In this document: in pieces, positions 46,099 through 56,103 of the stretch
Layout of the letters: every line of letters starts with the position of its first letter
How positions within the stretch are numbered: position 1 is the first letter of the stretch
Assembly (NCBI GenBank): GCA_963753075.1
Contig: CAVWAR010000003.1
Coordinates: forward strand, 8,299-72,298
Direction of reading: 5' to 3'
DNA length: 64,000 bases
Origin: an uncultured Actinomycetes bacterium
GTDB lineage: Bacteria; Actinomycetota; Actinomycetes; S36-B12; CAIYMF01
Translations under genes and position numbers: made by a program
Notes under the pieces: generated by a model
Told to the model about the DNA's origin: nothing
The model's database searches: none
The model's input: the letters and a program-made list of their open reading frames with translations, nothing else

Positions 46099-47191
46099 TC
46101 AGAGCAGGTCGGCGAGCAGGTTGGCCCCAGGCAGCAGGGAGCGTGCCGATGGTCCCGGGGACCAGACCGAGCGGGTGGCGGTGATGAGGTCGAGGGCCTG
46201 GAGCTGGTGCGACAGGCTGCGGAGCTCGTCTTCCACGTCGCGGGTGCTGATGGGCTTCCCGGCGCGGCTCCAGCCGTGGCCGAGTAGTGGGTGCACTTCG
46301 CCGGCGATCTCTGCGACCTGCAGCGGACCGCGGGCGGCGACCAGGGCGACGGCGCGTTCCGTAGACCATGGTGGAGAACCCCTGCGGGTCGAACCAGGAT
46401 CGCAGCCGCCGCACGGTCTCGAGCTCGTCTGCCGCTGCCTTGGTCGGGCGCAGCACGCCGCCGGCGAGCCTGACCAGCCGGACGTGGCGCAGCAGGTCGT
46501 GCAGGACGGCCAGGGGCAGCAGGTCCTCCTCGATCGAGGCGGGCCGCCCCAGCGGATACCAGCTGGGGCGCTGCTGCTGAACGGCGCGGACCACGGCGCG
46601 GGGCAGCCGCCCGCCCGGCGTGAGCGTGACACCGTCGGCGAGCAGGCCCAGCAGCAGGCGCACGCTGCCGGGCACCGCGCCGACAGCATCACGGACCCGT
46701 TGGGCGGTGGCTTCCTGGTCGAACGGTCGCAGCCGGTCCCCGACCCAGGTCCGCATCGCCTCGTGCTCGGCGTGCCCCGGGTCGGCCAGCGCGTCGAGCA
46801 GGTCGGCGTATCCTGCGGCGCCACCGCAATCCTCGGGTGGGCAGGCCCCCTGGCCGCCGACACAACCCGGTCGGTCGCCGCCGGCGCCCAGCACCTCGAC
46901 GTCATGCTGCCAGTCGTCGCCCAGGTCGTAGGCGTAGACGAACCGGGTCGGCAACGCGGACAGGCGCACCCCGCGCTCGTCGACCTCGTCATCTTCATCC
47001 CATTCCTCGAACGGGACCGCGTAGACCGCGTCGTCGGTGCGGAACTGGTGCAGGTGGGAATCGGTCCAGCCGATCGCCACCTGCAGCACCTCGTGGAGCT
47101 CGTCGAGGGTGATCACCTCCGGCACGTCGATCACCCGCTGCACCCGCGGCACGACTTCGCGCATCGTGACCCGCAGCCTGACCGTCTTCAC
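46099..47191 (-). pseudogene. plasmid pRiA4b ORF-3-like family protein, frameshift near 46362
   Basis: GTG 47191 after GAGGAG. VRLRVTMREVVPRVQRVIDVPEVITLDELHEVLQVAIGWTDSHLHQF...YAYDLGDDWQHDVEV core. After ...FSTMVY the sensible continuation ERAVALVAARGPLQVAEIAGEVHPLLGHGW...LLADLL is in the frame of ORF 46099..46998. Confidence 0.6.
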
Positions 47192-47615
47192 CGCGGCGAC
47201 TCCTCACGCCGGGCACCCCGCAGCACCTCTTGTACTTGCGGCCCGACCCGCACCAACACGGGTCGTTGCGCCCCGGGGGCCAGGCGATCGTCCGCGACGG
47301 GTCCCGCGCCACGTCGGCCGCGTACCGGGCCCGCAACCGCGAGGCATCCAACTCCTCCGGGGCGTTGTCGGCCACCCAGGGGTCGAACTCGGCGGACCGC
47401 ACCGCCACGACACTCACGCGAGCCACCCCAGCCTCCCGGTGAGCCCGCAGCCGACCCTCCATCCGCCGGCAGTACACCGCGTGGCTGACCGGTTCGCCGA
47501 CCTCGTCATGGCACAGCGGGCTGTCGAGCCAGATCCGGCCACCGCGCCGGCCAGGCGGCGTACTCGGCCGCCGGAAGCCACGCCACCGCGACCGGAACCT
47601 GCCCGGCCGGCTCAC
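46995..47615 (-). CDS. SEC-C motif protein
   Basis: NDPCWCGSGRKYKRCCG near residue 135. There is no stop after the motif: the frame runs about 65 codons into the downstream gene, so the native 3' end is uncertain. GTG start overlaps the TPR gene stop (GTGA). Confidence 0.5.
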   Translation of the reverse strand: MSRPGRFRSRWRGFRRPSTPPGRRGGRIWLDSPLCHDEVGEPVSHAVYCRRMEGRLRAHREAGVARVSVVAVRSAEFDPWVADNAPEELDASRLRARYAADVARDPSRTIAWPPGRNDPCWCGSGRKYKRCCGVPGVRSRRGEDGQAAGHDARSRAAGAAGDRRAGGDHPRRAPRGAAGGDRLDRFPPAPVPHRRRGLRGPVRGMG

Positions 47616-48265
47616 CCGCGAGCGTCAACTCCCGGTCGACCGGCGCGCCGGAACCCAAGCTGCTTCGGCCACTGCAACCGGCCGGGACCGGCCGGAGTCG
47701 GCACGGCGCTCTGCAGCGCGTCCGGCTCGCGTCCCAACGCGCTCAGTGAGGCCGCACGCAGATCGCGCAGCTGCCCCACCAGCCGCTCAGGGTCACCCGT
47801 GCCAACCGCGAGCTCGAGCGCGCGCGTCAACCACGACAGCGCCAGCTCATGCTCCCCGACCGCGCCGTACTCCAGCCCAGCGTTGTTGTACACCCACACG
47901 TCCTCAGGGGTATCCGCCGCCACCGTCTCCCAGATCTGTGCGGCCTCGGCAAGCCGGCCATGCCGGGTCAGGATCTCCGCCCGGCGGCACCGCGGATCGG
48001 GCTGGCACCGGTACCCATGCTCGACCAGCACGTCCGCGTGTCGCAGCGCCTCCTCGACCCGGCCCAGCCGGTCATAGGTCTCGGCCAGCTCGCTGTGCAG
48101 CTCGAGCACGTCGAGGTACGCCGCCGCGTCGGGGTCCTCGTCACACACGCCGATCGCGCGTTCCAGGACATCGGCGTACGCCAGAGCCGGCCCACGACTG
48201 GCCCCGCGAATCTGCCGGTCGAGACGATCAAGTTCGTCGCTTCGCACCCCGACATCATCACCCAT
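47612..48265 (-). CDS. tetratricopeptide-repeat protein
   Basis: 217 aa from ATG 48265. TPR-like helices (AAYLDVLELHSELAETYDRLGRVEEALRHADVLVE, LAEAAQIWETV, WVYNNAGLEYGAVGEHELALSWLTRALELA). Confidence 0.6.
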   Translation of the reverse strand: MGDDVGVRSDELDRLDRQIRGASRGPALAYADVLERAIGVCDEDPDAAAYLDVLELHSELAETYDRLGRVEEALRHADVLVEHGYRCQPDPRCRRAEILTRHGRLAEAAQIWETVAADTPEDVWVYNNAGLEYGAVGEHELALSWLTRALELAVGTGDPERLVGQLRDLRAASLSALGREPDALQSAVPTPAGPGRLQWPKQLGFRRAGRPGVDARG

Positions 48266-48748
48266 CCAGCACCCCGACAAGGCCGTGGATGCCTCGCTCA
48301 CGCGCCGACCCGTCGTCGATTGGCCCCGAGCGGGGCAACAACCGGGCATCGACGAGAACACCCCCGACGAAACCATCCAGCAGATCGAATCCCACTGGAA
48401 GAACAAGCTGCTCTCCCGCAGAGTCGCCCCAAATCGCAACTGACCAGGGCGCCCCGAGGGCCCTTGACGGGCACCGGCGGACCCCGGACCAAGGTCAAGC
48501 CACCCCAGTCGATGCCACTTCCCTGCTAGCCCTGCGATGCCCGCCTGAACGTGCCCAGCTCGCGGCGCAATGACGCACCGCCGCTGACCGGGACGGTACG
48601 CGGCGATGTGACGGGCGTGCCCGGAGTGGTCGCTGGAGTTGCGCAGCAATGCTCCCTCAGCTGGTGGGGGCGCTCTTGACAGGCCCTCGTGATGGGCAAA
48701 GCGAGACGGCTGGTGGTCGGGTACGCGCGGGCCGGTTCGGTGGGGCGT

Positions 48749-49912
48749 TCATCTGAGTCGGTTGGCGACGTTCAGGGCGAGGTCGAGGCCGAAGCGGCAG
48801 GTGAGTGCCCGGCGGGCGAGCAGCTGGTCTCGGGCTGTGGGGTCGCGGTCGGGGCGGTAGTCGACGATCAGGGCCGTGAAGACCGACCTGATGGCCAAGG
48901 TGATGGCCCACCCGGCCTCGACGAGGTCCGGGTCGACGTCGAGGCCCTCGTCGGCGAGGCCGTCGAGGTAGGCCGGCAGCAAGGTGGTGCCGATGGCGTC
49001 GAGGTCGTGCTCGGTGGCGGCGCCGGATTCGAACCGGCCGACCAGCAGCTGGCTGAGGTCGCTGCCGAGGGCGGCGGGGCCGACGTAGCTGAGGTCGATC
49101 GCGACGGTGTCGCCCGGTGTGGGTTCGTGCAGGTTGTCCGGGGTGGCGTCGCCGTGGGCGAGTGCGTGGGGCAGGTCCTCGTAGGCCTGGACAAGGGCGG
49201 GGGCCACGGCGGCCAGCCGGTCCAGGTCGCCGCGCAGGTCGCCGTGCCGGGCGGTCGCGGCCTGCAGGGCCGGTGTCTGCCACAGCGCGTCGTCGGCGAG
49301 TGCGGGCAGGTCGGCATGGGTGATCTTGCTGAACAACGTCTGCACATGTGGCCGGCGGCGCAGTCCGAGCTCGTCGACCACGCGGTGTTCGGGCCAGCGG
49401 CCGGCGAGCCGCCCGAGTTGGCGGGCGGTGCGCTGGTAGCGGGCGGGGTCCCAGGCCTGGGTGTCGTCGACGTCCTCCAGCCACAACGTGACGCGCTCCT
49501 CGCCGTGGTCGACGGCGAACAGGTGGGGGAACCGCAGGCCCGGCGGCAGGTCGCGAGCGAGCGGGCTGGTGTAGACCCGTGGTTCGTCCTGCCAGTCCAG
49601 CGTGTGCCGGACCTGGTCGTGGAACTGCGGTGGGATCTGCGCCCACAGGGGGGCGTGCCAGGCCGGGCGCAGCGTCTTGGCGAACACCCGCCACGGGGTG
49701 CCGTCGGTGAGGGTGCCCCACACGTGGGTCAGCGCCTGCGTCGTCATGTTCTCCACCCGATGCGAGGCCGGGCGGGCCCTGACGGTGGCGAGCTCGGCGT
49801 CGGGTCGTCCGGTCACGCGGCGTACGACGGCGGTGAGCCGCTCACGGTCCACGGCCACGTCGGTGTCCGGGTCGGCGGTGACCTCGTGCGTCTGGGGCGT
49901 GTCGACTCCCAT
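48749..49912 (-). CDS. aminoglycoside/choline-kinase-type phosphotransferase (APH family)
   Basis: Catalytic loop LAHGDATPDNL and downstream IDLSYVG. Start placed at ATG 49912 (MGVDTPQ...). Confidence 0.7.
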   Translation of the reverse strand: MGVDTPQTHEVTADPDTDVAVDRERLTAVVRRVTGRPDAELATVRARPASHRVENMTTQALTHVWGTLTDGTPWRVFAKTLRPAWHAPLWAQIPPQFHDQVRHTLDWQDEPRVYTSPLARDLPPGLRFPHLFAVDHGEERVTLWLEDVDDTQAWDPARYQRTARQLGRLAGRWPEHRVVDELGLRRRPHVQTLFSKITHADLPALADDALWQTPALQAATARHGDLRGDLDRLAAVAPALVQAYEDLPHALAHGDATPDNLHEPTPGDTVAIDLSYVGPAALGSDLSQLLVGRFESGAATEHDLDAIGTTLLPAYLDGLADEGLDVDPDLVEAGWAITLAIRSVFTALIVDYRPDRDPTARDQLLARRALTCRFGLDLALNVANRLR

Positions 49913-50031
49913 GGGGAGCACCTCCGGGGTGTGGCAGGCGTAGGCAACTCCGTGGAACGTAAACCACATTGACTACTATGGTCAAGTAGATTGACCAGCA
50001 GCGCCTGTTCGTCGTCGAGAAGCGAGGTCCC

Positions 50032-50571
50032 ATGTCCCCCCCGCCACAGATGACGTCTGCCAACGTGCTGGCAGCCGTGGAGTGGCTGACCCGTCGCATC
50101 GCCGAGGACGTGCGGGCAATGCGGCAGGCCCACAACGTTCCCATCACGCGGGGATCGCAGGGGCTGATCCTGCACCTGCTGCCCGAGGACGGGGCACGCC
50201 CGACCGAGCTCGCCGACGGCCGGTGGGTCTCCAAGCAGGCCATCGGCCAACGAGTCCGCGAGCTCATCGAGCTCGGACTCGTGCGCACCGACTCCGACCC
50301 GACCGACCGGCGGGCCGTGATCGTGCGCCGCACCCCCGCCGGTGACCGGATCGCCGCCGAGCTCCGCCGCCAGATCGCCGACCTCGAACGATCCTGGGCC
50401 CAGCAAGTCGGCGAAGACCGGTACGCGACCTTCCGCGCCGTGCTCGACGAACTAGGCGCCGACCACGCCCCCACACTTCTCCACCGTCACCCGAGACACA
50501 CCCCCGAGACAGATCCCGACCAGCCATCCACCCCAAACACCTCGACCGTCCACGACAGCCGGCCACGATGA
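50032..50571 (+). CDS. MarR-family transcriptional regulator
   Basis: Winged HTH PTELADGRWVSKQAIGQRVRELIELGLVRTDSDPTDRRAVIVRRTPAG. Divergent from the APH gene. Confidence 0.8.
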   Translation: MSPPPQMTSANVLAAVEWLTRRIAEDVRAMRQAHNVPITRGSQGLILHLLPEDGARPTELADGRWVSKQAIGQRVRELIELGLVRTDSDPTDRRAVIVRRTPAGDRIAAELRRQIADLERSWAQQVGEDRYATFRAVLDELGADHAPTLLHRHPRHTPETDPDQPSTPNTSTVHDSRPR

Positions 50572-50869
50572 GCACCCATGACCGCGATCAGGACGACCCT
50601 GCTGGTGCGGCCCTAGGAGCCTTCGGGTCGCGGCGACAGCGCCAACTCACCCCACGAAACGCCCGCACTTGCCGCTGTGAGGGCCATTCTCAACTGATAG
50701 CGAGGTACCGGCTGAGCGCATCTCGAACGACGTCGCTGCCGGCGCCGTCCTGACTTCTGGCGAGGTGCTGCAGCGCGCTCAGAATGTCGTCGTCGGCTCG
50801 AATCCACTCATCGACCTGCCCCACAGTGGGCGACAAGGACGCGCCGCCGCCCCCGCTCGACCTGGGTAG

Positions 50870-50899
50870 CCCGATAGGCGGCGGAAGGCCGTAGGACGC
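50870..50899 (-). repeat. short GC-rich motif family member (with 7-nt insertion)
   Basis: Reverse complement GCGTCCTACGGCCTTCCGCCGCCTATCGGG; the plus strand reads GGTAGCCCGATAGGCGG. Confidence 0.6.
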
Positions 50900-50977
50900 A
50901 TCGGGGTCACAAGAGACGCGATGCCCGGTGCTGCCGCCAGGTTGTCACGGTGCTTCGTGCCGGCGGAGTGCTTGACG

Positions 50978-51388
50978 TTATCGATCCAGCCGTCGCGTCA
51001 GCTTCTGAGGAGCGCAGAACCGGTAGCTCTCGGTCACCAGTTCTGCCACTTCGTCCCAGTCGGTGTCGTCGTCGAGCACCATGCCGACGACGGTGGGGGA
51101 CCATGGTGGCTGGTAGAAGGGCGGGCCGGCGTGGGTCAGGGCCAGCAGCTCTTCGCCGGATGACCGGAAGGTCAGCACCGTGGTTGGGTCGGTCACGCCG
51201 GTGAGGTCACGGTACGCCGACGTGTAGCCCTCTTGGGCGACCATGACGTGGGCGAAGGTCTTGTTCCGGACTCGCCATCTGACGCCGGTCCAGGCGTCCT
51301 CTTCGTATGCGTCCGGGAGGGCCGACGCGATGCACGCCAACCGGGCGACCAGGTCGCCGGGGGGCTCGATGCGCGGCGGCTTCGGCAT
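50978..51388 (-). CDS. MmcQ/YjbR-family DNA-binding protein
   Basis: 136 aa. IASALPDAYEEDAWTGVRWRVRNKTFAHV...ESYRFCAPQKL follows the YjbR-like pattern. Confidence 0.7.
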   Translation of the reverse strand: MPKPPRIEPPGDLVARLACIASALPDAYEEDAWTGVRWRVRNKTFAHVMVAQEGYTSAYRDLTGVTDPTTVLTFRSSGEELLALTHAGPPFYQPPWSPTVVGMVLDDDTDWDEVAELVTESYRFCAPQKLTRRLDR

Positions 51389-51484
51389 GCCCCGAGTCTG
51401 TCAGCGGATGCCGACAACTGGTCGCTGGTCCTCTGCGTTGTCGGGCACCTCGCCACCCACTTCCGATCAACAAACCCCGGCGCA

Positions 51485-51509
51485 GCGCCCGTTTCGCGGC
51501 GAAAGGGGG
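51485..51509 (-). repeat. short GC-rich motif family member
   Basis: Reverse complement CCCCCTTTCGCCGCGAAACGGGCGC. Confidence 0.65.
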
Positions 51510-51844
51510 CAGGTCCGGTTGGGGCCGCTTGCGTTGCGCGACAACGCAGCTCAAGCAGCCGAGTTGGGGCGTCGTCCGTGGCGTGAGCACGCCCGGGACG
51601 ATGGTCAACTGGCGAGTCGCTCTCGGGTGTCCCATAAGCGAGCCATGGTCGCGGTTCCGAGGACGTGGGCAGAGCCGATGTTCGTTGGAGGTCTCGACCG
51701 CCGCGGCACGTGAGCCGTCCAAGAAGGTGCCGCTGAGGTCGTGGGCACTTCGAGCAGGTGTCTTCGACGTGCCGAGATGCTCAACACGCTCGTGCCGCTT
51801 CACGCCGCCAGCACGGCGGGCGCGCCTTCGCCTTCCACGGGAGA

Positions 51845-52456
51845 ATGGCCGGCATGACCACTATCCGTCCTGCCGAAGCGACGATCGAGGACGGCCGGGT
51901 CTTTGCCGACTTCGCCGACCAAGCCGCCGACGGGCTCTTTCGCTGGATGCTGGGTCCAGGCTTTGTCGACATCATCGCCCGTGCATTCGTCTCGCCCGGG
52001 CACGATCTATCGTTCGAGTACGCGAGCTTCGCTGAGGACGACGGGACGATCGTCGGCATGATCTGCGGCTACTCATCGGAGCAGCATGCTCGGGCCGGTG
52101 ACGGCGCGCTGCTGTCAGCAGCGGGCTGGCGTGCTCCCCGCCTGGTGTCGAGATGGCTGATCGCCTACCCGGTGATGCGGTTCATGGACCGACTGCCGGC
52201 CGGCGACTGGTACGTGCAGATGGTGGCCGTCGACCCGGCTCGCCGCGGACAGGGGGTCGGCACCATGCTGCTGGGCTTCGCCGAGGAGACGGCTCGGGCA
52301 GCTGGTGCGTCGCGCCTCGTGCTCGACGTGGTCGTCACCAACGACGGAGCCAGGCGTCTCTACGAGCGCCGCGGGATGGTGGCCGAGGCGCGGTCTCCCT
52401 CACTTCTTGGCCTGTCGGGAACAGCGCTCGACCGGATGGTGCTCGCGACGTCGTGA
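51845..52456 (+). CDS. GNAT-family N-acetyltransferase
   Basis: Acetyl-CoA motif A VQMVAVDPARRGQGVGTMLLGFAEETARAAG and NDGARRLYERRGM. Confidence 0.8.
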   Translation: MAGMTTIRPAEATIEDGRVFADFADQAADGLFRWMLGPGFVDIIARAFVSPGHDLSFEYASFAEDDGTIVGMICGYSSEQHARAGDGALLSAAGWRAPRLVSRWLIAYPVMRFMDRLPAGDWYVQMVAVDPARRGQGVGTMLLGFAEETARAAGASRLVLDVVVTNDGARRLYERRGMVAEARSPSLLGLSGTALDRMVLATS

Positions 52457-52732
52457 CTGCGCCGGGCGTCATTCTGCACGCACGACGCCGTTCTGCCTCG
52501 CCCACAGCGCAACCGCCGCGCTCGTGGACACCCCCGTCTTGGTGTGGATGGGCTGGGCTGAAACGACGCTCGTGCGACCCAAGACCGCTCTCCTCGCGAT
52601 GCGTCCGCAGGCGGCGATGTGGGGCACCGTCCCTGGACGGGTTCGGTGGGCTGTGCGCACGCCGGTTGGGCTGTCTGGCCTGTGCCAGCATGGTTCATGA
52701 CGACGTTGAACACGCCATGGCCGGTATTGCAG

Positions 52733-53362
52733 CTATGTGGCGTGGGGCTGCCAGACGCTTGGCTGCAAACGGATCTGGTCGAACTGCGCCTCGAACGAGG
52801 AGTCCTCCGGGCTGCAGGCGTACACGCCGATCGCCACGGTCGACCCGTCGGGCAGAACGGCCGCGCTACCCATCGCCTCGGTGGTCTCGCCGAGGCGGTG
52901 CAAGTGGAAGATCCGCAGCTGTTCCCAGTGGGTGCCGTCGGGGCTGGCCTCGAAGCGGAAGTCCGGCCCGCGCCGCGAGACTCGGTACCACATCTGTCCG
53001 GAGCTGGGGATGTCGCGCGTGGCCCAGTCGGAGTACCCACGGTTGGTCACCACGCTGCCGAGCCGAGAAAGCACGTCGTTCTCGTGTTCGATGGACGCCT
53101 TGGCCCAGGTATCGGCGTCGAGGTGCACCAGGACGCCGGCCTGGTCGAAGCGCCGCCGGTACTGGAACGAGACCCGCACCGTCAGCGTCAGGTTGCTGGA
53201 AGCAGGCAGCAGCAGCGCGGGGGCGTTGTCATTGCGGAAGCCGTAGTAGGTGCGCTGCCACAGGTCGGTCCCCGGCGAGGTCGTGAACCGCACGCGCTCG
53301 TTGTCGACCCTGGCGTGCGCCGGCTCCCGCAGCCACTCACCGGTGCTCAGCGGGTTGGTCAT
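52733..53362 (-). CDS. DUF1349-family (concanavalin-like) protein
   Basis: 209 aa from ATG 53362. GEWLREPAHARVDNERVRFTTSPGTDLWQRTYYGFRNDNAP is the family N-terminal signature. Confidence 0.65.
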   Translation of the reverse strand: MTNPLSTGEWLREPAHARVDNERVRFTTSPGTDLWQRTYYGFRNDNAPALLLPASSNLTLTVRVSFQYRRRFDQAGVLVHLDADTWAKASIEHENDVLSRLGSVVTNRGYSDWATRDIPSSGQMWYRVSRRGPDFRFEASPDGTHWEQLRIFHLHRLGETTEAMGSAAVLPDGSTVAIGVYACSPEDSSFEAQFDQIRLQPSVWQPHAT

Positions 53363-53691
53363 CCGGCAATCCTGCCAGCCGCGCAGGAGCCGCCCCGAAG
53401 GTGGTGCCATCCCCGGGCGGGCGCAGCCGGCCTTGGTCACAGTCGGGCGTCAAGGTGCGTCCACAGGCGGCCGAAGTGGGGCAGGTGGACGGACCGGCAG
53501 GATATGTGGCCCCTGGATGTGCCGCTGCCGCCGAGGGCCGAGCCCGCCTGCCGCGCCGAGATCCGGCCGGTCTGGTGCAACCCTCGCCCGCTCCAGTTCG
53601 CGCTGCGTCCGCCGCTCGCGGGGGCAAGCCGCGGCACGTGCCCCGCCGGTCGCGGGGTGCGCGGATCCTTTGCTCGGTTGAGAATGCTCAC

Positions 53692-54498
53692 GTGACCAGT
53701 GAACGGGGTCAGGCGCGGTCGCGTTGGAGGGGCCGCGGCGCCCGTGGGCTCGCGGTTGTGGTCGGCGCCCTAGTCGTCGGAGTTGTTGTCGTGGCTTGGC
53801 CACACGCACAGAGCTTCTCGCAGGGCCTGCCGCCGCAGCAGTTCCGCGACGAGCTTGATCCGGACCTGCTCAAGGACTACTCCGGGGTGTTGGGCGTGGC
53901 CCACAACGCGGCCAACCGACTCGACACACTTCAGGTCGCCCTGGACCACCGCGCCGACGTCGTCGAGGCCGACCTGATCTCGGTGCGTGGCGAGCTTGTG
54001 GCCGGTCGTGACCAGCCCATGTCCTGGCTCACGAACCAGATCTTGCGGGGGCCGACGCTGGTCCAGGTATGGGATGCCGCGGCGCCCGCCGACGTCCTCA
54101 AGCTCGACCTCAAGCGCGACGACGACGCGTTCCTCGACGACCTCGTCACGTTCCTGGCCCCGCGGCAGGGCACGCGTGAGGTCATGGTGGCGACCCGAGA
54201 CCGTGACGCCATTGTTCGGCTGCACCGCGACCTGCCCGAGATCACGTTGCTGTTCAGCATCGGCTTCCCCGAGGGTGTGCAGCAACTGCGGTCCGACGCC
54301 GAGTTGCAGACCGCGATCGGCGGGGTGACGGTCTTCCAAGGTCTGGTCGAGGCGAACCTCGTCGGGTGGCTCCACGAGCGCGACCTCCTCGTGCTCGCCT
54401 GGCCGGTGAACGATGTCCAGGGGCTCAACGACCTCGTACGCCAACGCGTGGACGGCGTGACCACCGCCAACCTCGCGATCCTCGAGGTGCTGGCCTGA
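53692..54498 (+). CDS. membrane-anchored glycerophosphodiester-phosphodiesterase-like protein
   Basis: GTG 53692. N-terminal TM (LAVVVGALVVGVVVVAW). GVAHNAANRLDTLQVALDHRADVVEADL resembles the GDPD/PI-PLC-X-like catalytic start. Confidence 0.5.
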   Translation: MTSERGQARSRWRGRGARGLAVVVGALVVGVVVVAWPHAQSFSQGLPPQQFRDELDPDLLKDYSGVLGVAHNAANRLDTLQVALDHRADVVEADLISVRGELVAGRDQPMSWLTNQILRGPTLVQVWDAAAPADVLKLDLKRDDDAFLDDLVTFLAPRQGTREVMVATRDRDAIVRLHRDLPEITLLFSIGFPEGVQQLRSDAELQTAIGGVTVFQGLVEANLVGWLHERDLLVLAWPVNDVQGLNDLVRQRVDGVTTANLAILEVLA

Positions 54499-54868
54499 CC
54501 CCCTCGCCCGTCGCCCGTCAGCGGACCGCCTAACGCCCGACGACGGCGATGTGGCTGTGTGGATCTCCAGACCTGGTTCGTGTTCCTGGCGGCGCTGCGT
54601 AGTGGCCGCCAACGGCGCGATGCCGCGCTGATCCCGGGCTTCTGGAGACGGCCCTATCGGGCCCCAGCGGACCGAGAGGTGGGGGTGTTTGGCCCGGCTA
54701 CTGTGCCCGGTGAGGGCCTACCAGGTCGTGCTACGGCCCTGAGATCGGTGCCTGCCGGCCCGCGGACCGCGTTCGCCGGGCAAACGTCCTCTTCCCGGCG
54801 GTGCGAGCAGAGTGCACACTGGAGGCGTGGCGAGTCATGGGCAACCGCGCGTGCACGACCTAGATGAG

Positions 54869-55840
54869 ATGCATCGATTCAGTAGCGTTCTCTGCTTGGT
54901 TGAGCAGGGGAAGGACAACAAGCCGGTCCTGGACCGGGCGGTTGCCCTGGCTGAGAACGATCAGGCCCGGCTCACGGTCGCCACGGTGATCCCGAGAGTG
55001 TCGACTGTCCGTCCGTTCGCCGAGCACATCCAGGCGGCGATGGTGCGCGAGCGCGAAGCGATGATGGGGTCGTTGGTCGAGCCCTACCGCCAGCGCCTGG
55101 ATATTGCGCAACACATCCTGATTGGCACACCATTCTTCGAGGCAATCCGCGAGGTGTTGCGAAACCAGCACGACGTAGTGATTAAGTGCCCTGAGGCGCC
55201 GAGTTGGCTGGGTCGCCTCTTCGCCGGTGACGACATGCATCTACTGCGCAAATGCCCGTGCCCCGTCTGGTTCGTCAAGTCTTCCTCGCCCAGGTCCTAC
55301 CAAGTGGTTCTGGCGGCTGTGGACGTGGACGATCTCTATCCGCCGGACGAACTGGACACCCGGAATCTGCTGAATAGTCGAATCCTGGAGTTGGCCGCTG
55401 CTCTGGCAGTGTCAGAGTCCGCGGATCTGCATGTCGTTCATGCCTGGGCTTCGATGACAGAGTTGGCTGACGGACTGGTCTTCTCGTCCGAGCTGTCAAG
55501 AGCGGAGTTGGCCTCCAGCGTTGAACATGAGCAGCGGCAACAACAACACCTACTCGATCAGCTAGTCCGCGATACCAAGATCCGGGGCCATGCTCGGCGT
55601 GATGCCAACGGCCTCGTGAGAGTGCACACCCATCTACTGAAAGGAGCCGCCCGCCGGGAGATCCCGGCCCTGGCGAAGCGCCTGGGGGCCGACTGCATCG
55701 TCATGGGGACAGTGGGCCGCACGGACGTCCGCGGTCTCATCATGGGCAATACCGCGGAGACGATCCTCGAGCAGCTCGACTGTGCCGTGCTGGCAATCAA
55801 GCCCCAGGGATTCGCAACGCCGGTCGCTTTGGATGAGTGA
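54869..55840 (+). CDS. tandem universal stress protein (2 Usp domains)
   Basis: Two Usp units ending ...LLRKCPCPVWFV and ...GTVGRTDVRGLIMGNTAETILEQLDCAVLAIKP. A 100-nt sample at the 5' end counted 57% G+C. Confidence 0.8.
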   Translation: MHRFSSVLCLVEQGKDNKPVLDRAVALAENDQARLTVATVIPRVSTVRPFAEHIQAAMVREREAMMGSLVEPYRQRLDIAQHILIGTPFFEAIREVLRNQHDVVIKCPEAPSWLGRLFAGDDMHLLRKCPCPVWFVKSSSPRSYQVVLAAVDVDDLYPPDELDTRNLLNSRILELAAALAVSESADLHVVHAWASMTELADGLVFSSELSRAELASSVEHEQRQQQHLLDQLVRDTKIRGHARRDANGLVRVHTHLLKGAARREIPALAKRLGADCIVMGTVGRTDVRGLIMGNTAETILEQLDCAVLAIKPQGFATPVALDE

Positions 55841-56103
55841 TGGTCAGCCAACGGTCGCGCCTCGGTCGTTGCCGCCAGCTCCGCATCCTGTGGACATCCA
55901 GCAAGCTGCATGGGCGGCCGCGTGGCTCCGGAGCACCCATCATGCCTACCTCAAGGGCCTCCTCTGGCGAGGCCTCGACTACTACGATGGGAAGGCTGGC
56001 AGATTAGCTTCGCCCGCCTGATGCGCGGGCTGGGAAGCAGGGGAGGCGAGGCGCCATCGAGGAGACCTTCCTACAGATCGCGGCCATCCTGCTGCTGGCC
56101 ACC

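Noticed and set aside
54576-54592. 17-nt imperfect direct repeat GTTCGTGTTCYTGGCGG at 54576-54592 and 61907-61923, flanking the USP/Kef/ATPase cluster
   Set aside because: A 16/17 match between two sites in 64 kb of GC-rich DNA is within chance expectation by a rough estimate, and there are no other island hallmarks at these points.
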